DNA of 64,000 nt. Origin: Bacteroidia bacterium (GTDB lineage Bacteria; Bacteroidota; Bacteroidia; NS11-12g; UBA955). The notes below the pieces were generated by a model. That model was not told the origin of the DNA, made no database searches, and saw nothing but the letters and a program-made list of their open reading frames with translations. Below are positions 30,317 to 41,541 of the stretch, one piece after another. Where the stretch lies: NCBI GenBank assembly GCA_044341025.1, contig JBIISM010000003.1:28308-92307 (forward strand), read 5' to 3'. The stretch's first letter is position 1. Each line of letters begins with the position of its first letter. A program made the translations under genes and the position numbers.

Positions 30317-31395
30317 ACTAAAAGTTTTTCTATTTCATTTACTATGTCAGAAAGTGCATTTGGTTTTGCAAAGGCTGTTAAATTGTTCTTGAGGTCAGCT
30401 TGCTTTGCCGCATCATTCAAAAGTGTGTGAATTGTTTCAAACAGCTTGTCATTGGCTTCGGCATCTGGCAACAATACAGCAGCATGTTTGCTCGATAGGG
30501 CCCTTGCATTTTTGGTTTGATGGTCTTCTGCCACATTAGGCGAAGGAATCAAAATACTGGCCTTATTTAACAAACTTAACTCACTTACCGAAATTGCACC
30601 AGCTCGCGAAACCACTATATCAGCTGCCGCATAAGATGTTGCCATGTCTTGTATAAAAACTGAAGCTTTTATGCCTTCTAAACCATGCGTATCGGCTGTA
30701 TAATTTTTACCAGTCTGCCACAAAATTTGTATTTTATTCTCTGATAATTTTGCAATAATTTCCTGAACAGCCAAATTGATGGTTCTCGCACCTAAGCTGC
30801 CTCCAATAAACAAAACCAAAGCCTCTTCTTCACTAAACCCTAAGCTTTTTTTTGTGGCGCGCCTGTCCATGCTTAAAGCTGCATAAATTTCAGAACGCAC
30901 TGGATTTCCTGTCTCAACAATTTTATTTCTTGGAAAATATTTTTCCATGTTTGGATAGGCCACACAAATTTTTGAAGCTTTGCTAGAAAGCCATTTGTTG
31001 GTTAAACCAGCATATGAATTTTGCTCTTGAATTAAAATTGGAACTTTATAAGTTGATGCGGCATAAATTAATGCGGCACTTGCATATCCGCCTACTCCAA
31101 TAGCAATATCTGGTTTAAAATCTCTAATGATTTTGCGGGCCATTAAAATGCTTTTTAACAATTTGAAAGGCAGTGTAAAATTGGATAAGGTAAGTTTGCG
31201 CTGCAGTCCAGCGATTGGTAAACCAATAATTTTATACCCAGCCAAAGGCACCTTTTCCATTTCCATGCGCCCCAATGCGCCTACAAATAAAATTTCAGCA
31301 TCTGCATGCCTGCTTTTTATCTCGTTTGCAATGGCGATAGCCGGGAAAATATGCCCTCCAGTTCCACCACCTGAAATTAGCACTCTAATTGACAT
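30313..31395 (-). CDS. murG: Undecaprenyl-PP-MurNAc-pentapeptide GlcNAc transferase
   Basis: GGGTGGHIFPA, GGSLGA, SRAGA, DHQTKNA; start moved to MSIRVLI. Confidence 0.95.
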   Translation of the reverse strand: MSIRVLISGGGTGGHIFPAIAIANEIKSRHADAEILFVGALGRMEMEKVPLAGYKIIGLPIAGLQRKLTLSNFTLPFKLLKSILMARKIIRDFKPDIAIGVGGYASAALIYAASTYKVPILIQEQNSYAGLTNKWLSSKASKICVAYPNMEKYFPRNKIVETGNPVRSEIYAALSMDRRATKKSLGFSEEEALVLFIGGSLGARTINLAVQEIIAKLSENKIQILWQTGKNYTADTHGLEGIKASVFIQDMATSYAAADIVVSRAGAISVSELSLLNKASILIPSPNVAEDHQTKNARALSSKHAAVLLPDAEANDKLFETIHTLLNDAAKQADLKNNLTAFAKPNALSDIVNEIEKLLV

Positions 31396-32548
31396 CTTGA
31401 ACTCCTTTCTCATCTTCTGGTTTCTGTTCCTCAACCGAACGGCTCACACTCAACAAAACACCAAAAGCAGCACTGGTAAAAATAATACTTGTACCACCCA
31501 TGCTAATTAAGGGGAGCGTCAAACCTGTAACAGGAAATAAACTACTGGCAACTGCCATATGAATAAAGGCTTGTAAGACCATACTAAAGGCCAAACCAAC
31601 TGCCAATAAAGCCCCAAATGCACGTGGACTTTTTAACACGATTCGAATAGACCGATACAGAATTAATAAATACAATAAAATGACACTTATACCACCAAAT
31701 ACCAAACCATACTCTTCGATAATTACTGCGAAAATAAAATCTGAATAGGGATGCGGCAGATAGGCGCTTTGTTCGCCTTTGCCAGGCCCCTTGCCAAACA
31801 AACCTCCGCCTACGATTGCTATTTTTGCTTGTGTGGTTTGAAAACTCTCAGCGGAATCAGAACCTCTGAAATTTTCTATTCTTGCCTTCCAAGTAGCTGC
31901 CCTACCTGGCAGAATACTATCGGGTGCTTTGAGCAATATACCAGCCCCAATAAAGGCCACTAGCGAAAATATCCCACCCAATAAAGCCAAATGTCGAAGC
32001 CTAGCATTTCCAATAAAGAGTAAAATAGAACAGGTCAAAAACAAAACCACAGACGTACTTAGATTCTCTGGCATAATCAATAAACAAATTAAAGTTATGT
32101 AGGCAATTATGACAATAAACCCTTTCAAAGAACTAAGCTCTTCTTGATTTTTAGAAAGGTAACGTGCAATAAACATAATGAGCGCAAACTTGGCGAAGTC
32201 ACTGCTCTGAAAACTAACACCAAATACAGTAATGGTCCTTTTGGCATCGTTGATATCGTTACCAAAAACAAGCGTTAAAATCAACAAGACTATTGCTCCC
32301 CAGACGGCCATTTGAGATATCCGTGAAAAATATTTGTAATCCAACAAATGGAAAAAGTACATGAGAAAAAAACCTCCAAACAGGAACATCACATGTCGAA
32401 TAACAAAATATTCTGTATTCCCCCCTTGTTTCTTAAATGCCAAGGAACCAGTTGCACTATAAACAGCAAGCAAGCCTATCAGCGATAACATAAACACTGC
32501 AAACCAGATGTACTGGTCACCCCTAAACTTTAACCTTCCTATCTGCAT
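31385..32548 (-). CDS. ftsW: SEDS family protein FtsW
   Basis: FQSSDFAK, SDFIFAVIIEEYG, PVTGLTLPLISMGG. Confidence 0.94.
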   Translation of the reverse strand: MQIGRLKFRGDQYIWFAVFMLSLIGLLAVYSATGSLAFKKQGGNTEYFVIRHVMFLFGGFFLMYFFHLLDYKYFSRISQMAVWGAIVLLILTLVFGNDINDAKRTITVFGVSFQSSDFAKFALIMFIARYLSKNQEELSSLKGFIVIIAYITLICLLIMPENLSTSVVLFLTCSILLFIGNARLRHLALLGGIFSLVAFIGAGILLKAPDSILPGRAATWKARIENFRGSDSAESFQTTQAKIAIVGGGLFGKGPGKGEQSAYLPHPYSDFIFAVIIEEYGLVFGGISVILLYLLILYRSIRIVLKSPRAFGALLAVGLAFSMVLQAFIHMAVASSLFPVTGLTLPLISMGGTSIIFTSAAFGVLLSVSRSVEEQKPEDEKGVQDVN

Positions 32549-32616
32549 TGCGTATTGATTTATTGCTCTTTTAAAATATAGTCAATTTGGTTTACCAAAT
32601 AGTCGAAAAAGAATTC

Positions 32617-33969
32617 TTATAAATTCTTTACAGCGGCTTTAAACTGCCAGCCTCTATCCTCATAATTTGCGAACAAATCAAAACTCGCACAAGCAGGAGA
32701 CAAAAGCACCACATCGCCCTTAGCGGCAAAACGTTTAGCAACATGCACAGCTTCCTCAGCAGAACTGGTGTTTAACATTAAGTCAACGTCTTTACCAAAA
32801 GCTTCGTGAATTTTATTGTTGTCAGTTCCTAAGCAAACGATAACTTTTACCTTGTCTTTTACCAAAGGCAATAAGGCTGTGTAGTCGTTTCCTTTATCGA
32901 CACCACCTACGATCCATACCACTGGCTTGTCCATACTTTCCAAGGCATACCAAGTAGAATTAACATTGGTTGCTTTGCTGTCATTAATGAATTCTACGCC
33001 ACCAACGGAGGCAACATATTCTAATCTGTGTTCTACGTTTTGAAAGTCGATTAAGCTCTCTCTAATAACATCTTTTCTGATGTTTAGAACGTTGGCCGCA
33101 ATAGCAGCAGCCATGCTGTTGTAACTGTTGTGAATGCCTTTTAGGGCGAAATCATTAATAAACATAGTAAGTATATTGTTTGGGGTTGTTGATTGGTTTT
33201 CTAATAAATGAAACTCTTTGTTTACGACATAAGCACCGCTGTTCAATACTTTTCCGAATGAAAAAGGCAATTTTTGAGCGTCAATTTTATGGGTAGAAAG
33301 ATTGGAAACTGTTACCTCATCGTCGGTGCAATAAATAAAGTAATCGTCTTTGGTTTGGTTCATCGCGATTCTAAATTTAGAATCGATGTAGTTTTGGAAT
33401 TCGTAATTATAACGGTCCAAATGGTCGGGGGTTATATTGCACAGTATGGCAATATCAGGCCTAAATGTATAGGTGTTGTCGAGCTGAAAGCTACTCAACT
33501 CTAGCACAAAATAATCGTAATTTTCTTCGGCTACTTGGCGTGCATAGCTTTTTCCAATATTACCACCCAAACCCACATTGAATCCTGCCTTCTGCAAAAT
33601 GTGGTAACACATCATAGTGGTGGTGGTTTTACCATTGGTGCCTGTTATGGCCAAATGCTTTGCCTTGGTGTATCGGCTGGCAAATTCTATTTCAGAGATA
33701 ATTGGAATATTTAGGGCTTTAGCCTTCTTAATTATCTCAGCCTTATCAGGTATGCCAGGGCTTTTAATAATTTCGTCTGCATTGAGAATTAATTCTTCAG
33801 AGTGCTTGCCTTGCTCATATGTCACATTCGCTTCATCAAGCTCTTTGCTGTATATTTCCTTTAGCATACCGCTGTCAGAAACAAAAACATCAAAGCCTTG
33901 CTTAAGTGCTAAGATTCCGCATCCAGCACCGCTTTCACCCCCTCCCAATATAACAATTCTCTTTGCCAC
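32617..33969 (-). CDS. murD: UDP-MurNAc-L-Ala--D-glutamate ligase
   Basis: ITGTNGKTTT, ELSSFQL, NDSKATN, LLSPACASFD. Confidence 0.96.
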   Translation of the reverse strand: MAKRIVILGGGESGAGCGILALKQGFDVFVSDSGMLKEIYSKELDEANVTYEQGKHSEELILNADEIIKSPGIPDKAEIIKKAKALNIPIISEIEFASRYTKAKHLAITGTNGKTTTTMMCYHILQKAGFNVGLGGNIGKSYARQVAEENYDYFVLELSSFQLDNTYTFRPDIAILCNITPDHLDRYNYEFQNYIDSKFRIAMNQTKDDYFIYCTDDEVTVSNLSTHKIDAQKLPFSFGKVLNSGAYVVNKEFHLLENQSTTPNNILTMFINDFALKGIHNSYNSMAAAIAANVLNIRKDVIRESLIDFQNVEHRLEYVASVGGVEFINDSKATNVNSTWYALESMDKPVVWIVGGVDKGNDYTALLPLVKDKVKVIVCLGTDNNKIHEAFGKDVDLMLNTSSAEEAVHVAKRFAAKGDVVLLSPACASFDLFANYEDRGWQFKAAVKNL

Positions 33970-33972
33970 TAA

Positions 33973-35226
33973 TTATCTTAACTTTAATGTTATTATGCTC
34001 AAAACCGCGAGTAATATGCCAATAATCCAAAAGCGTGTTACAATCTTCGCTTCATGAAATCCTTTTTTCTGAAAATGGTGGTGAATAGGTGCCATTAAAA
34101 ACACACGTCTACCTTCTCCATATTTATTCTTTGTGTACTTAAAATAACTTACCTGTATCATTACACTTAGATTCTCTACCAAGAAAATCCCACAAAGTAT
34201 TGGAATCAATAATTCTTTGCGCACAATAATGGCTAGAGCTGCTATAACACCTCCCAACATCAGGCTACCAGTATCGCCCATAAAAACTTGAGCTGGGTAA
34301 CTGTTGTACCACAAAAATCCAATACAAGCACCTACAAAGGCCCCTGCAAATACAAATAATTCGCCAAGGAAAGGTATGTACATAATGTTTAAGTAATCGG
34401 CCAATAATATGTTACCAGAAATGAAGGCAAACAAACCCAAGGTGGTTCCAATAATTGCAGATGTTCCTGCCGCCAAGCCATCGATTCCATCGGTTATATT
34501 CGCTCCATTCGAAACCGCAGTGATGATAAAAATCACCACCAAAACATATACGATCCAAGCATACTTTGAACCCATGCCAAAGAAGTCGGAAATTTTGTGG
34601 TAATCAAATTCTGAAAACTTAAAAAACGGTATGGTTGTTTTTAATGTTTTTTTATTTTGGTAGTATATCTTTTCTCCTTGAATAATTCGGGTCGACAAAT
34701 GGGTGGTATCAATATTTAATTCAGCAATTTCCTTGGCCTTATAGTGCTCAGTGACCACAACGGCAGGGTTAAAATACAGCGTTAATCCAACCAATAATCC
34801 AACAATAATTTGCCCTAATATTTTAAAACGACCAGACAATCCTTCTTTGTCTTTTTTAAACACTTTAATGTAGTCGTCAATAAATCCAATTAAACCCGTT
34901 AATATGGTTACGGCTATCATCAGCAACACATAAACATTGTTTAAGCGGGCCAACAACAAGGTAGGAATTAATATTGCCCCAAGCATAATTAAACCGCCCA
35001 TGGTTGGGGTGCCTTTTTTGGCTTCTTCACCTTGTAAACCTAAATCGCGAATGGTTTCAGAAACCTGCAATTTGTGCAAAGCATTTATAAGTCTTTTGCC
35101 AAATACAGCCGAAATGGTAAGCGATAAAATCATCGCCAATCCCATCCTAAAAGTCAGGTACTTCCAAACACCCAATCCCCAGATATCGGTGTGCTTGTCG
35201 AGGTATGTAAAAAAATGGTATAGCAT
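33973..35226 (-). CDS. mraY: Phospho-N-acetylmuramoyl-pentapeptide transferase
   Basis: [38 protein letters not shown]. Confidence 0.96.
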   Translation of the reverse strand: MLYHFFTYLDKHTDIWGLGVWKYLTFRMGLAMILSLTISAVFGKRLINALHKLQVSETIRDLGLQGEEAKKGTPTMGGLIMLGAILIPTLLLARLNNVYVLLMIAVTILTGLIGFIDDYIKVFKKDKEGLSGRFKILGQIIVGLLVGLTLYFNPAVVVTEHYKAKEIAELNIDTTHLSTRIIQGEKIYYQNKKTLKTTIPFFKFSEFDYHKISDFFGMGSKYAWIVYVLVVIFIITAVSNGANITDGIDGLAAGTSAIIGTTLGLFAFISGNILLADYLNIMYIPFLGELFVFAGAFVGACIGFLWYNSYPAQVFMGDTGSLMLGGVIAALAIIVRKELLIPILCGIFLVENLSVMIQVSYFKYTKNKYGEGRRVFLMAPIHHHFQKKGFHEAKIVTRFWIIGILLAVLSIITLKLR

Positions 35227-35230
35227 CTGT

Positions 35231-36691
35231 TTAATTCTCTTTAAAAATATCGATTAATATTTGCCTGTCGTCAAATGGGTGTTTGATGCCGTTAATGTCT
35301 TGATAGGTTTCGTGTCCTTTGCCAGCCAATAAAATAATGTCTTTGGATTTGCTCAACATCACCGCCGTTTTAATGGCTTCTTTACGGTCTGTAATTTTTA
35401 AAACCTTTTTATAATCCAACGGATCAACACCGCTCTGCATGTCTTCAATTATGGCACTTGGGTCTTCATTCCTAGGATTGTCGCTGGTAAATATCACCTT
35501 ATCACTCATGCGCGCGGCGACTTTACCCATAACTGGTCTTTTTTCTTTGTCTCTATTGCCACCGCATCCTGCAATGCTCAAAAGCTGCTCATTACCGGTT
35601 CTTATATGTTGAATTGTGCTCAATACATTATCCAATGCATCAGGGGTATGCGCATAGTCAACAATGCCAATAATACCTTTAGGACTTCTATACACCTCAA
35701 ATCTTCCATTTACCCGGCCTTGCTTAGACAAGTGGGTAAGTATCTCAAAACGGTCTATTCCCAGCAAGAATGCAGTGGCATAAACTGCCAATAAATTATA
35801 AGCATTGAATTTCCCAATTAGGGCAAACCAAGTTTCTTCAGATTCTATTTTTAATAATAGCCCATCAAAATCGCTCTCCAGTATTTTACAGGTAAAATCT
35901 GCTGCCGATTGCAAAGCATAGGTATACCTTGCTGCAGGAGAATTTTGCAACATAATTTGTCCGTTTCGGTCGTCTTTATTTGTTAAAGCAAATGCATCTA
36001 CAGGCAGTTGATCAAAAAACTTTTTCTTTGCTTTGATGTAGTTGTCAAACGTTCCGTGGTAATCCAGGTGGTCGTGGGTTATGTTGGTGAACGCAGCACC
36101 AGCAAAATGCAATCCGTTAATTCTTCCTTGCACCACCGCGTGGGAACTCACTTCCATAAAACAATAAGCGCAACCTGCTTGCACCATTTCATCCATCAAC
36201 GCATTTAAGCGAATTGGATCGGGCGTGGTGTGGGTGCTGGTATAGGTTGTTTTTCCAATAATATATTCTACCGTACTTACAAGTCCGCAGGTATAGCCCA
36301 AAGAGGTAAACAAATTGTACAACATGGTACAAGTGCTGGTCTTTCCATTGGTGCCTGTTACACCCACTAAAGTCAATTTATTTGATGGCAATTCATAAAA
36401 TGCAGAGGCAAAATAGCCCACTGATTGTTGCACATCATCAACCAAAACATAGGTTACATTTACTTGTACATCCTTTGGCAATTCGCTACAGACTATTACG
36501 CTAGCACCATCTGCAATCGCCTTAGGAATAAATTGATGGGCATCAATAGTTGTTCCCTTCACAGCAAAAAACATCGCATCTTCGCTTACTTGACGCGAAT
36601 CCAAAACCAAGTTCTTTACCAAAACATTGGCTGAGCCAAGTATTTCTTTAATACCTGAATATTGGGCGATATCGTTTAGGTACTTACTCAT
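35231..36691 (-). CDS. murE: UDP-MurNAc-dipeptide--meso-diaminopimelate ligase
   Basis: [27 protein letters not shown] (mDAP specificity motif), AGKGHE. Confidence 0.96.
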   Translation of the reverse strand: MSKYLNDIAQYSGIKEILGSANVLVKNLVLDSRQVSEDAMFFAVKGTTIDAHQFIPKAIADGASVIVCSELPKDVQVNVTYVLVDDVQQSVGYFASAFYELPSNKLTLVGVTGTNGKTSTCTMLYNLFTSLGYTCGLVSTVEYIIGKTTYTSTHTTPDPIRLNALMDEMVQAGCAYCFMEVSSHAVVQGRINGLHFAGAAFTNITHDHLDYHGTFDNYIKAKKKFFDQLPVDAFALTNKDDRNGQIMLQNSPAARYTYALQSAADFTCKILESDFDGLLLKIESEETWFALIGKFNAYNLLAVYATAFLLGIDRFEILTHLSKQGRVNGRFEVYRSPKGIIGIVDYAHTPDALDNVLSTIQHIRTGNEQLLSIAGCGGNRDKEKRPVMGKVAARMSDKVIFTSDNPRNEDPSAIIEDMQSGVDPLDYKKVLKITDRKEAIKTAVMLSKSKDIILLAGKGHETYQDINGIKHPFDDRQILIDIFKEN

Positions 36692-38793
36692 GGATTTAAT
36701 CTCAAATAAATAATATTACCCTTACTTGTGCGTGTACCCGCTGGGATGGATTGAAAACAAATACTTCCATATCCTTCAACGATTACTTTTACGCCGCGGT
36801 TTTCCAATAAATAGACAGCATCTTTTAGGCCCATGCCGACCACATCAGGAATCAAATTCACATCGGTGGTAATTTCTTTCAAATTCAAAGACTGCACACT
36901 TGGCGAACTTCTAACATACTCCGATTCAGCAGAACCAATAATTTGATGGCTGCTGATTCCAATATGGTTCAACACATATTTTATATCGCTTCTATTGCCA
37001 TTTTTTACTTTAGGCATTGAAGGCGCTGCCAATCGCACAATTGGTTTGTGTAAAGAAATATTGGTACTAAATACCTTATCGGCTATTTCTCTAAATACAG
37101 GACCGGCTACAGTACCTCCATAATAATCGCCTGCTCTGGGATCGTTTATAACCACTATGCAACTGTACTTCGGATTGTCTGCAGGAAAGTATCCTACAAA
37201 TGAAGCCTTGTGCGCACTCTTATCATATCCATTGCTTGAAGCCTTTTGTGCAGTGCCTGTTTTACCGGCAACTTTATAGGCCAAACCTTTTAGTCTATTT
37301 CCGGTGCCATTTTCTACAACGCCTTCCAATAATTTCTTAAGCAGTTTAATGGTCTCTTCGCTACAGATTTTTTCATTTAAAATACTGGTCTCGTTCTTTT
37401 GAATGATTTTTCCAAATTCTTTTACTTCCCTAACAATGAATGGCTTTACCATCGTTCCATTATTGGCTATTGTATTGTAAACCGATAATATTTGAAGTGC
37501 ACTCAATTCCATTTCATAACCAATACTCATAAATGGTAAAGATGTGGTAGAACTCCATGTTTTATCTTTGGTGTTTTTAAGTAAAGGTTTTCTAGTCGAT
37601 TTGATGTCAAAAGTCAAAGGTTTGTTTAAGCCCAGATTGAAGGCATATTGTAAAAATGCTTCCGGTCTGTTTTTAAAATATTTTTGAACCGACTTAGCAA
37701 TCCCAACATTGCTAGAATTTTCGAAAGCGTATTGGAAATTTATTTTTTTATATGGAGAACGATGCGAATCCTCCATTTTCAAATCACCAAATGTGGTTGC
37801 CCCCCATTCAATATCTATGGTGTCTTCTAATTTTATACTTTTACTTTCTAATAGCGCTAAAGCACTTACTAATTTGAAGGTACTTCCTGGATCACTAAAT
37901 TCATTAACCGCATAATTCTCCGCTTCACTGCAAGTATTGTCTGCATTTCGTTTTAAATTGGCAATGGCTTTAACAGCACCCGTTTTAACTTCCATTAAAA
38001 TGGCACATCCATGTGAAGCTTGGTTGGCCAACAAACACTGCTGAAGTGCATTTTCTGCTACGTCTTGTATATTAATATCAATGGTGGTATATACATCAAA
38101 ACCATTACGAGGCTCCATTTCTGAACTGTTGTCTACTGGTTTCCAAACGCCACCATATATTCTTTGCTCTAAACGTTTGCCTACGGTTCCCGACAGCATT
38201 GAATCGTAAGAACCTTCTAATCCAATTTTAATGCCCGATTGGTTGGTGTAACCTATGCTTCTCATCGCCAAGTAACCAAAAGGTATTTCGCGTTTAAACT
38301 TTTCAATTTTAATTAGACCACCAATTTTATCTTTATCAACTTTGAAAATTGGCCACTCCGCTAGGTCTTTAACCGTCATGTAATCTACATCCCGTTTAAT
38401 TAGAAGATACCTTTCACCCTTGTTTCTGGCAGCAAGTAAATAATTGCGCCATTCTAAATTTGTTCGGTCTGTAAATTTCAAAGCCAAATTATTGGCTAAT
38501 ATGTCGACATTGGCATTGAAGTACTCATTGGTAATGGTCTCAACTTTGGTATCCAATCGCAATTCATATTTAGGGATGCTGGTGGCCAACAAACTTCCAT
38601 CTTCTGCATAAATATTTCCCCTTGATGCTTGAATCTCTCTCCATTTGGTGCTTTGAGCCAAACTGATGGCAGTGTATTTTCCCTTTTGAGTGAATTGCAA
38701 ATTTACTATCTGCCATATTACAGCACATGCCAAAAGGATTACCATCAAAAAGGCAATCCATGATCTGAGCAATATGGCTTTCTTTAAATTCAC
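36688..38793 (-). CDS. ftsI: Class B penicillin-binding protein with PASTA domain
   Basis: PGSTFK, SSN and KTGT transpeptidase motifs; PDVVGMGLKDA PASTA. Confidence 0.93.
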   Translation of the reverse strand: MNLKKAILLRSWIAFLMVILLACAVIWQIVNLQFTQKGKYTAISLAQSTKWREIQASRGNIYAEDGSLLATSIPKYELRLDTKVETITNEYFNANVDILANNLALKFTDRTNLEWRNYLLAARNKGERYLLIKRDVDYMTVKDLAEWPIFKVDKDKIGGLIKIEKFKREIPFGYLAMRSIGYTNQSGIKIGLEGSYDSMLSGTVGKRLEQRIYGGVWKPVDNSSEMEPRNGFDVYTTIDINIQDVAENALQQCLLANQASHGCAILMEVKTGAVKAIANLKRNADNTCSEAENYAVNEFSDPGSTFKLVSALALLESKSIKLEDTIDIEWGATTFGDLKMEDSHRSPYKKINFQYAFENSSNVGIAKSVQKYFKNRPEAFLQYAFNLGLNKPLTFDIKSTRKPLLKNTKDKTWSSTTSLPFMSIGYEMELSALQILSVYNTIANNGTMVKPFIVREVKEFGKIIQKNETSILNEKICSEETIKLLKKLLEGVVENGTGNRLKGLAYKVAGKTGTAQKASSNGYDKSAHKASFVGYFPADNPKYSCIVVINDPRAGDYYGGTVAGPVFREIADKVFSTNISLHKPIVRLAAPSMPKVKNGNRSDIKYVLNHIGISSHQIIGSAESEYVRSSPSVQSLNLKEITTDVNLIPDVVGMGLKDAVYLLENRGVKVIVEGYGSICFQSIPAGTRTSKGNIIYLRLNP

Positions 38794-39176
38794 TTTTTAA
38801 CGTCTTTCTCTATAATCAATGGCGGGGTGCGCAATTCTTTAATTTCATCGGTACTGAGGCGCTTGGCTACACTGCTTTGATTGCTTTGTTTCATCAAACT
38901 ACTTTTTACACTGATGTACTCAGAACGCAATTCAGTTAATTCGTTTTTTAATTCTTCTTTCTCTCTTAAACTCTTTACATGAAAATGAGAAAGTGCTATA
39001 TAAACCACAATAATTCCAACCGCCATAAATATGGGTGGCATCAATTTACTCAAATTATCTTTATCGATAAAAAAGGTGAAATCACTGGCTTTTTTAAGCA
39101 TTTCATCAGCCTGCTCGTTCGCAGGACTTGCTTGGCCTTTTTCAGGATTGATGGTATTGGGCTTAAACTGGTTCAA
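38790..39176 (-). CDS. ftsL: FtsL-like cell division protein
   Basis: Single TM followed by coiled coil (ELTELRSEYI); between rsmH and ftsI. Confidence 0.8.
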   Translation of the reverse strand: MNQFKPNTINPEKGQASPANEQADEMLKKASDFTFFIDKDNLSKLMPPIFMAVGIIVVYIALSHFHVKSLREKEELKNELTELRSEYISVKSSLMKQSNQSSVAKRLSTDEIKELRTPPLIIEKDVKK

Positions 39177-40081
39177 ATCTTTTCTGCTATTCTTAATTTT
39201 GCACTTCTCGACCTTCTATTTCTATCTATTTCTTCACCGCTAGGAATGATTGGCTTTTTAGTAAGAGATTTGAATAATTCTGTTTTATTTCCGAAAAAAT
39301 CCTTCTCAACCTCCCCTGCTACATTTCCAGAATTGATAAAGTTTTTTACCATTCTGTCTTCCAATGAATGGTAACTCATTACCACCAAACGCCCACCTTT
39401 TTCTAAGACAGCAGCTGAATTTTCTAATAAGCTTTCTAAAGCTTTCATCTCTTCATTAACTTCTATGCGCAATGCCTGAAAAACCTGCGATAAGTATTTA
39501 CTTTCTTCCTTGCCAGGTATGCAATTGCGTATTGCATCTTTAAATTCATCGATGGTGGTGACTGGGTTAATTTTGCGCTTTGCGATGATCAACAAAACCA
39601 ATTTATACGCATTCCTTACCTCGCCATAAGTATTAAATACCCTTAGCAATTCTTTTTCAGAGTAAGTGTTCACTACATCGCTGGCTTTAAGTCCAGATTT
39701 ACGGTCCATACGCATGTCCAAGTCACCCCCTAATCGGTGCGCAAAACCTTTATCCGCCTCGTTTATCTGATGAGATGAAATACCCAAATCAGCCAATATA
39801 CCGTCAACTGGAACCGCTTTTAAATACTGTAAAAATTGTTTGATGTATTTAAAGTTGTGGTTTATAAACACCAAGCGTTCGTCGTCGGGCAAATTCCCAA
39901 GCGCATCCAAATCCTGATCAAATGCATACAACTTTCCTTTGGGGCCAAGATGCTTTAAAATTTCTTTTGAATGACCACCACCACCAAAGGTTACATCCAC
40001 GTAAAGACCGTCTTCTTTTATTTTAAGACCCTGAATGCACTCATTCAACATCACTGGCAAATGGTAGACTTCAGTTGTCAT
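39173..40081 (-). CDS. rsmH: 16S rRNA m4C1402 methyltransferase
   Basis: HLPVML, DVTFGGGGHS, FQALRIEVN, SYHSLEDR, RSRSAKLR. Confidence 0.96.
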   Translation of the reverse strand: MTTEVYHLPVMLNECIQGLKIKEDGLYVDVTFGGGGHSKEILKHLGPKGKLYAFDQDLDALGNLPDDERLVFINHNFKYIKQFLQYLKAVPVDGILADLGISSHQINEADKGFAHRLGGDLDMRMDRKSGLKASDVVNTYSEKELLRVFNTYGEVRNAYKLVLLIIAKRKINPVTTIDEFKDAIRNCIPGKEESKYLSQVFQALRIEVNEEMKALESLLENSAAVLEKGGRLVVMSYHSLEDRMVKNFINSGNVAGEVEKDFFGNKTELFKSLTKKPIIPSGEEIDRNRRSRSAKLRIAEKI

Positions 40082-40559
40082 TGTTGTCGTTTTTTAAAGG
40101 GTTTTGCACAGGTGGATTATCCCCCATTAACTCTTCAGCCATCCTTGAGAATTCTTGGTCGTCGAACTTCAATTCTTCTTCGTAATGTTTCTTATCCCAT
40201 ATCTCTATTTTGTGGTTGTAACACGATACAATCACATCGCCTTTCAAAGAAGCATATTCAATCAAATTGTTTGGAATGTTAATCCTGCTACTGGTATCTA
40301 TGGGAACGATGTTGGCACCATTGTTAAACTGGCGGATAAACTTTCTGGCGGTTCGGTTAAAATCATTTAGAACCTGCAACTTTTCTGTTTCCATCGACCA
40401 ATCGGCAGACGTGTATAAAACCAAACACTTTTCAAAACCTCGGTTGATCACCATTGCTTTGGCTTCTTTGTCTGGAATTTGCAAACGCAGCTTCGCCGGC
40501 AAGATAATTCTACCCTTGCTGTCAATTTTGCATTCAAACTCTCCGATAAACCGTGCCAT
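40071..40559 (-). CDS. mraZ: Division/cell wall cluster transcriptional repressor MraZ
   Basis: GEFECKIDSKGRIILP, second DTSSRI repeat, IEIW. Confidence 0.94.
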   Translation of the reverse strand: MARFIGEFECKIDSKGRIILPAKLRLQIPDKEAKAMVINRGFEKCLVLYTSADWSMETEKLQVLNDFNRTARKFIRQFNNGANIVPIDTSSRINIPNNLIEYASLKGDVIVSCYNHKIEIWDKKHYEEELKFDDQEFSRMAEELMGDNPPVQNPLKNDNNDN

Positions 40560-40599
40560 TTAGATTCTGTAAATAATTTTGTAAAATAAAATCAAAAAA

Positions 40600-40627
40600 T
40601 CCACTTTTCTCCACTTTTCTCCACTTT
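40600..40627 (-). promoter_or_regulatory. Putative MraZ operator: three GTGGA boxes at 10-bp period
   Basis: Minus strand AAAGTGGAGAAAAGTGGAGAAAAGTGGA about 40 bp upstream of mraZ, matching the GTGG-repeat MraZ site architecture. Confidence 0.8.
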
Positions 40628-40961
40628 GTTGATAATTATTTTTTAATTGATATGCAAATACTTGTAATTCAGTTGATTGAATCCAATTTTTTTGGACCTC
40701 ATTTTTGGCTCGTTTTATTTCCGTAGGGCTAAAAAACCGCCCTTTCTGGCTGTATTTTTGTGGAATGAAAAAAATTCTGTATGTTATTCTAGTACTGTCT
40801 TTTATTGAAAAATTACCAGCGCAAGGTTGCATCGATGCAGGAAACCTGAACTAAAGGATAGATTATCCTCTTATAAGATAATTAAAAGCCATTTGTGACA
40901 AAAATATGACTTGATACTTTGAGGAATATTTGATTAAATTTGTTGGCCTTTCGCCACACCC

Positions 40962-41261
40962 ATGAAACCAATATATGATTACTACGGACTAATCATCAGT
41001 TTTAAAAAAGAAGACAGCTTACCTATTCTGCTTATGGCTAATAGAGGCAACTTCTGTAGCACTTTCAGCATTGGGTTTTCAGATGGTTTAATGGATGCGC
41101 CAAAACACATAAAAGGCGAAAATGAACTTGATACCGCAGACTTCAAGACGTTTACAACATTAATCGAAAACAACAGCAGCGAAATCATCAAACTTTGGCT
41201 CGACATCTTCCTTTACGGCAAAGACCATGAAGTGGAGCTGATTAAGACAAAATTGGTTTAA
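40962..41261 (+). CDS. Hypothetical protein resembling DUF4160 family, lacking the His motif
   Basis: MKPIYDYYGLII N-terminus and IIKLWLDIF C-terminus recall DUF4160; TAAATTTG -7 box at 40935. Confidence 0.55.
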   Translation: MKPIYDYYGLIISFKKEDSLPILLMANRGNFCSTFSIGFSDGLMDAPKHIKGENELDTADFKTFTTLIENNSSEIIKLWLDIFLYGKDHEVELIKTKLV

Positions 41262-41331
41262 TATTTGAATTAAATAGCCTAAACTTGAATTTAAATTGAG
41301 CTTAAAAATACCTCTAAAATAAAATCTAACA

Positions 41332-41541
41332 ATGAAAGTGATTATTGATATCCCAGATAACGAAGCAGGCTTCGGATTGAAAGTATTAAAAAGCCTTTCT
41401 TTTGTTAAAAAAGCCAAACCAATGAGCCTTTCAGGGGAAGAACTATTAAAGGACCTAAAAGATGCAGCGAAAGATGTGCGCTTGCATAAACAAGGCAAGT
41501 TAAAATTAAAAACCGCGCAAGAATTACTGAATGAGTTATAG
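41332..41541 (+). CDS. Putative type II antitoxin
   Basis: 69 aa ending GKLKLKTAQELLNEL; stop overlaps the ATG of a RelE-like reading frame. Confidence 0.7.
   Translation: MKVIIDIPDNEAGFGLKVLKSLSFVKKAKPMSLSGEELLKDLKDAAKDVRLHKQGKLKLKTAQELLNEL

Noticed and set aside
25408-40559. Absence of murF, ddl and murB from the dcw cluster
   Set aside because: This reduced order is usual for Bacteroidota.
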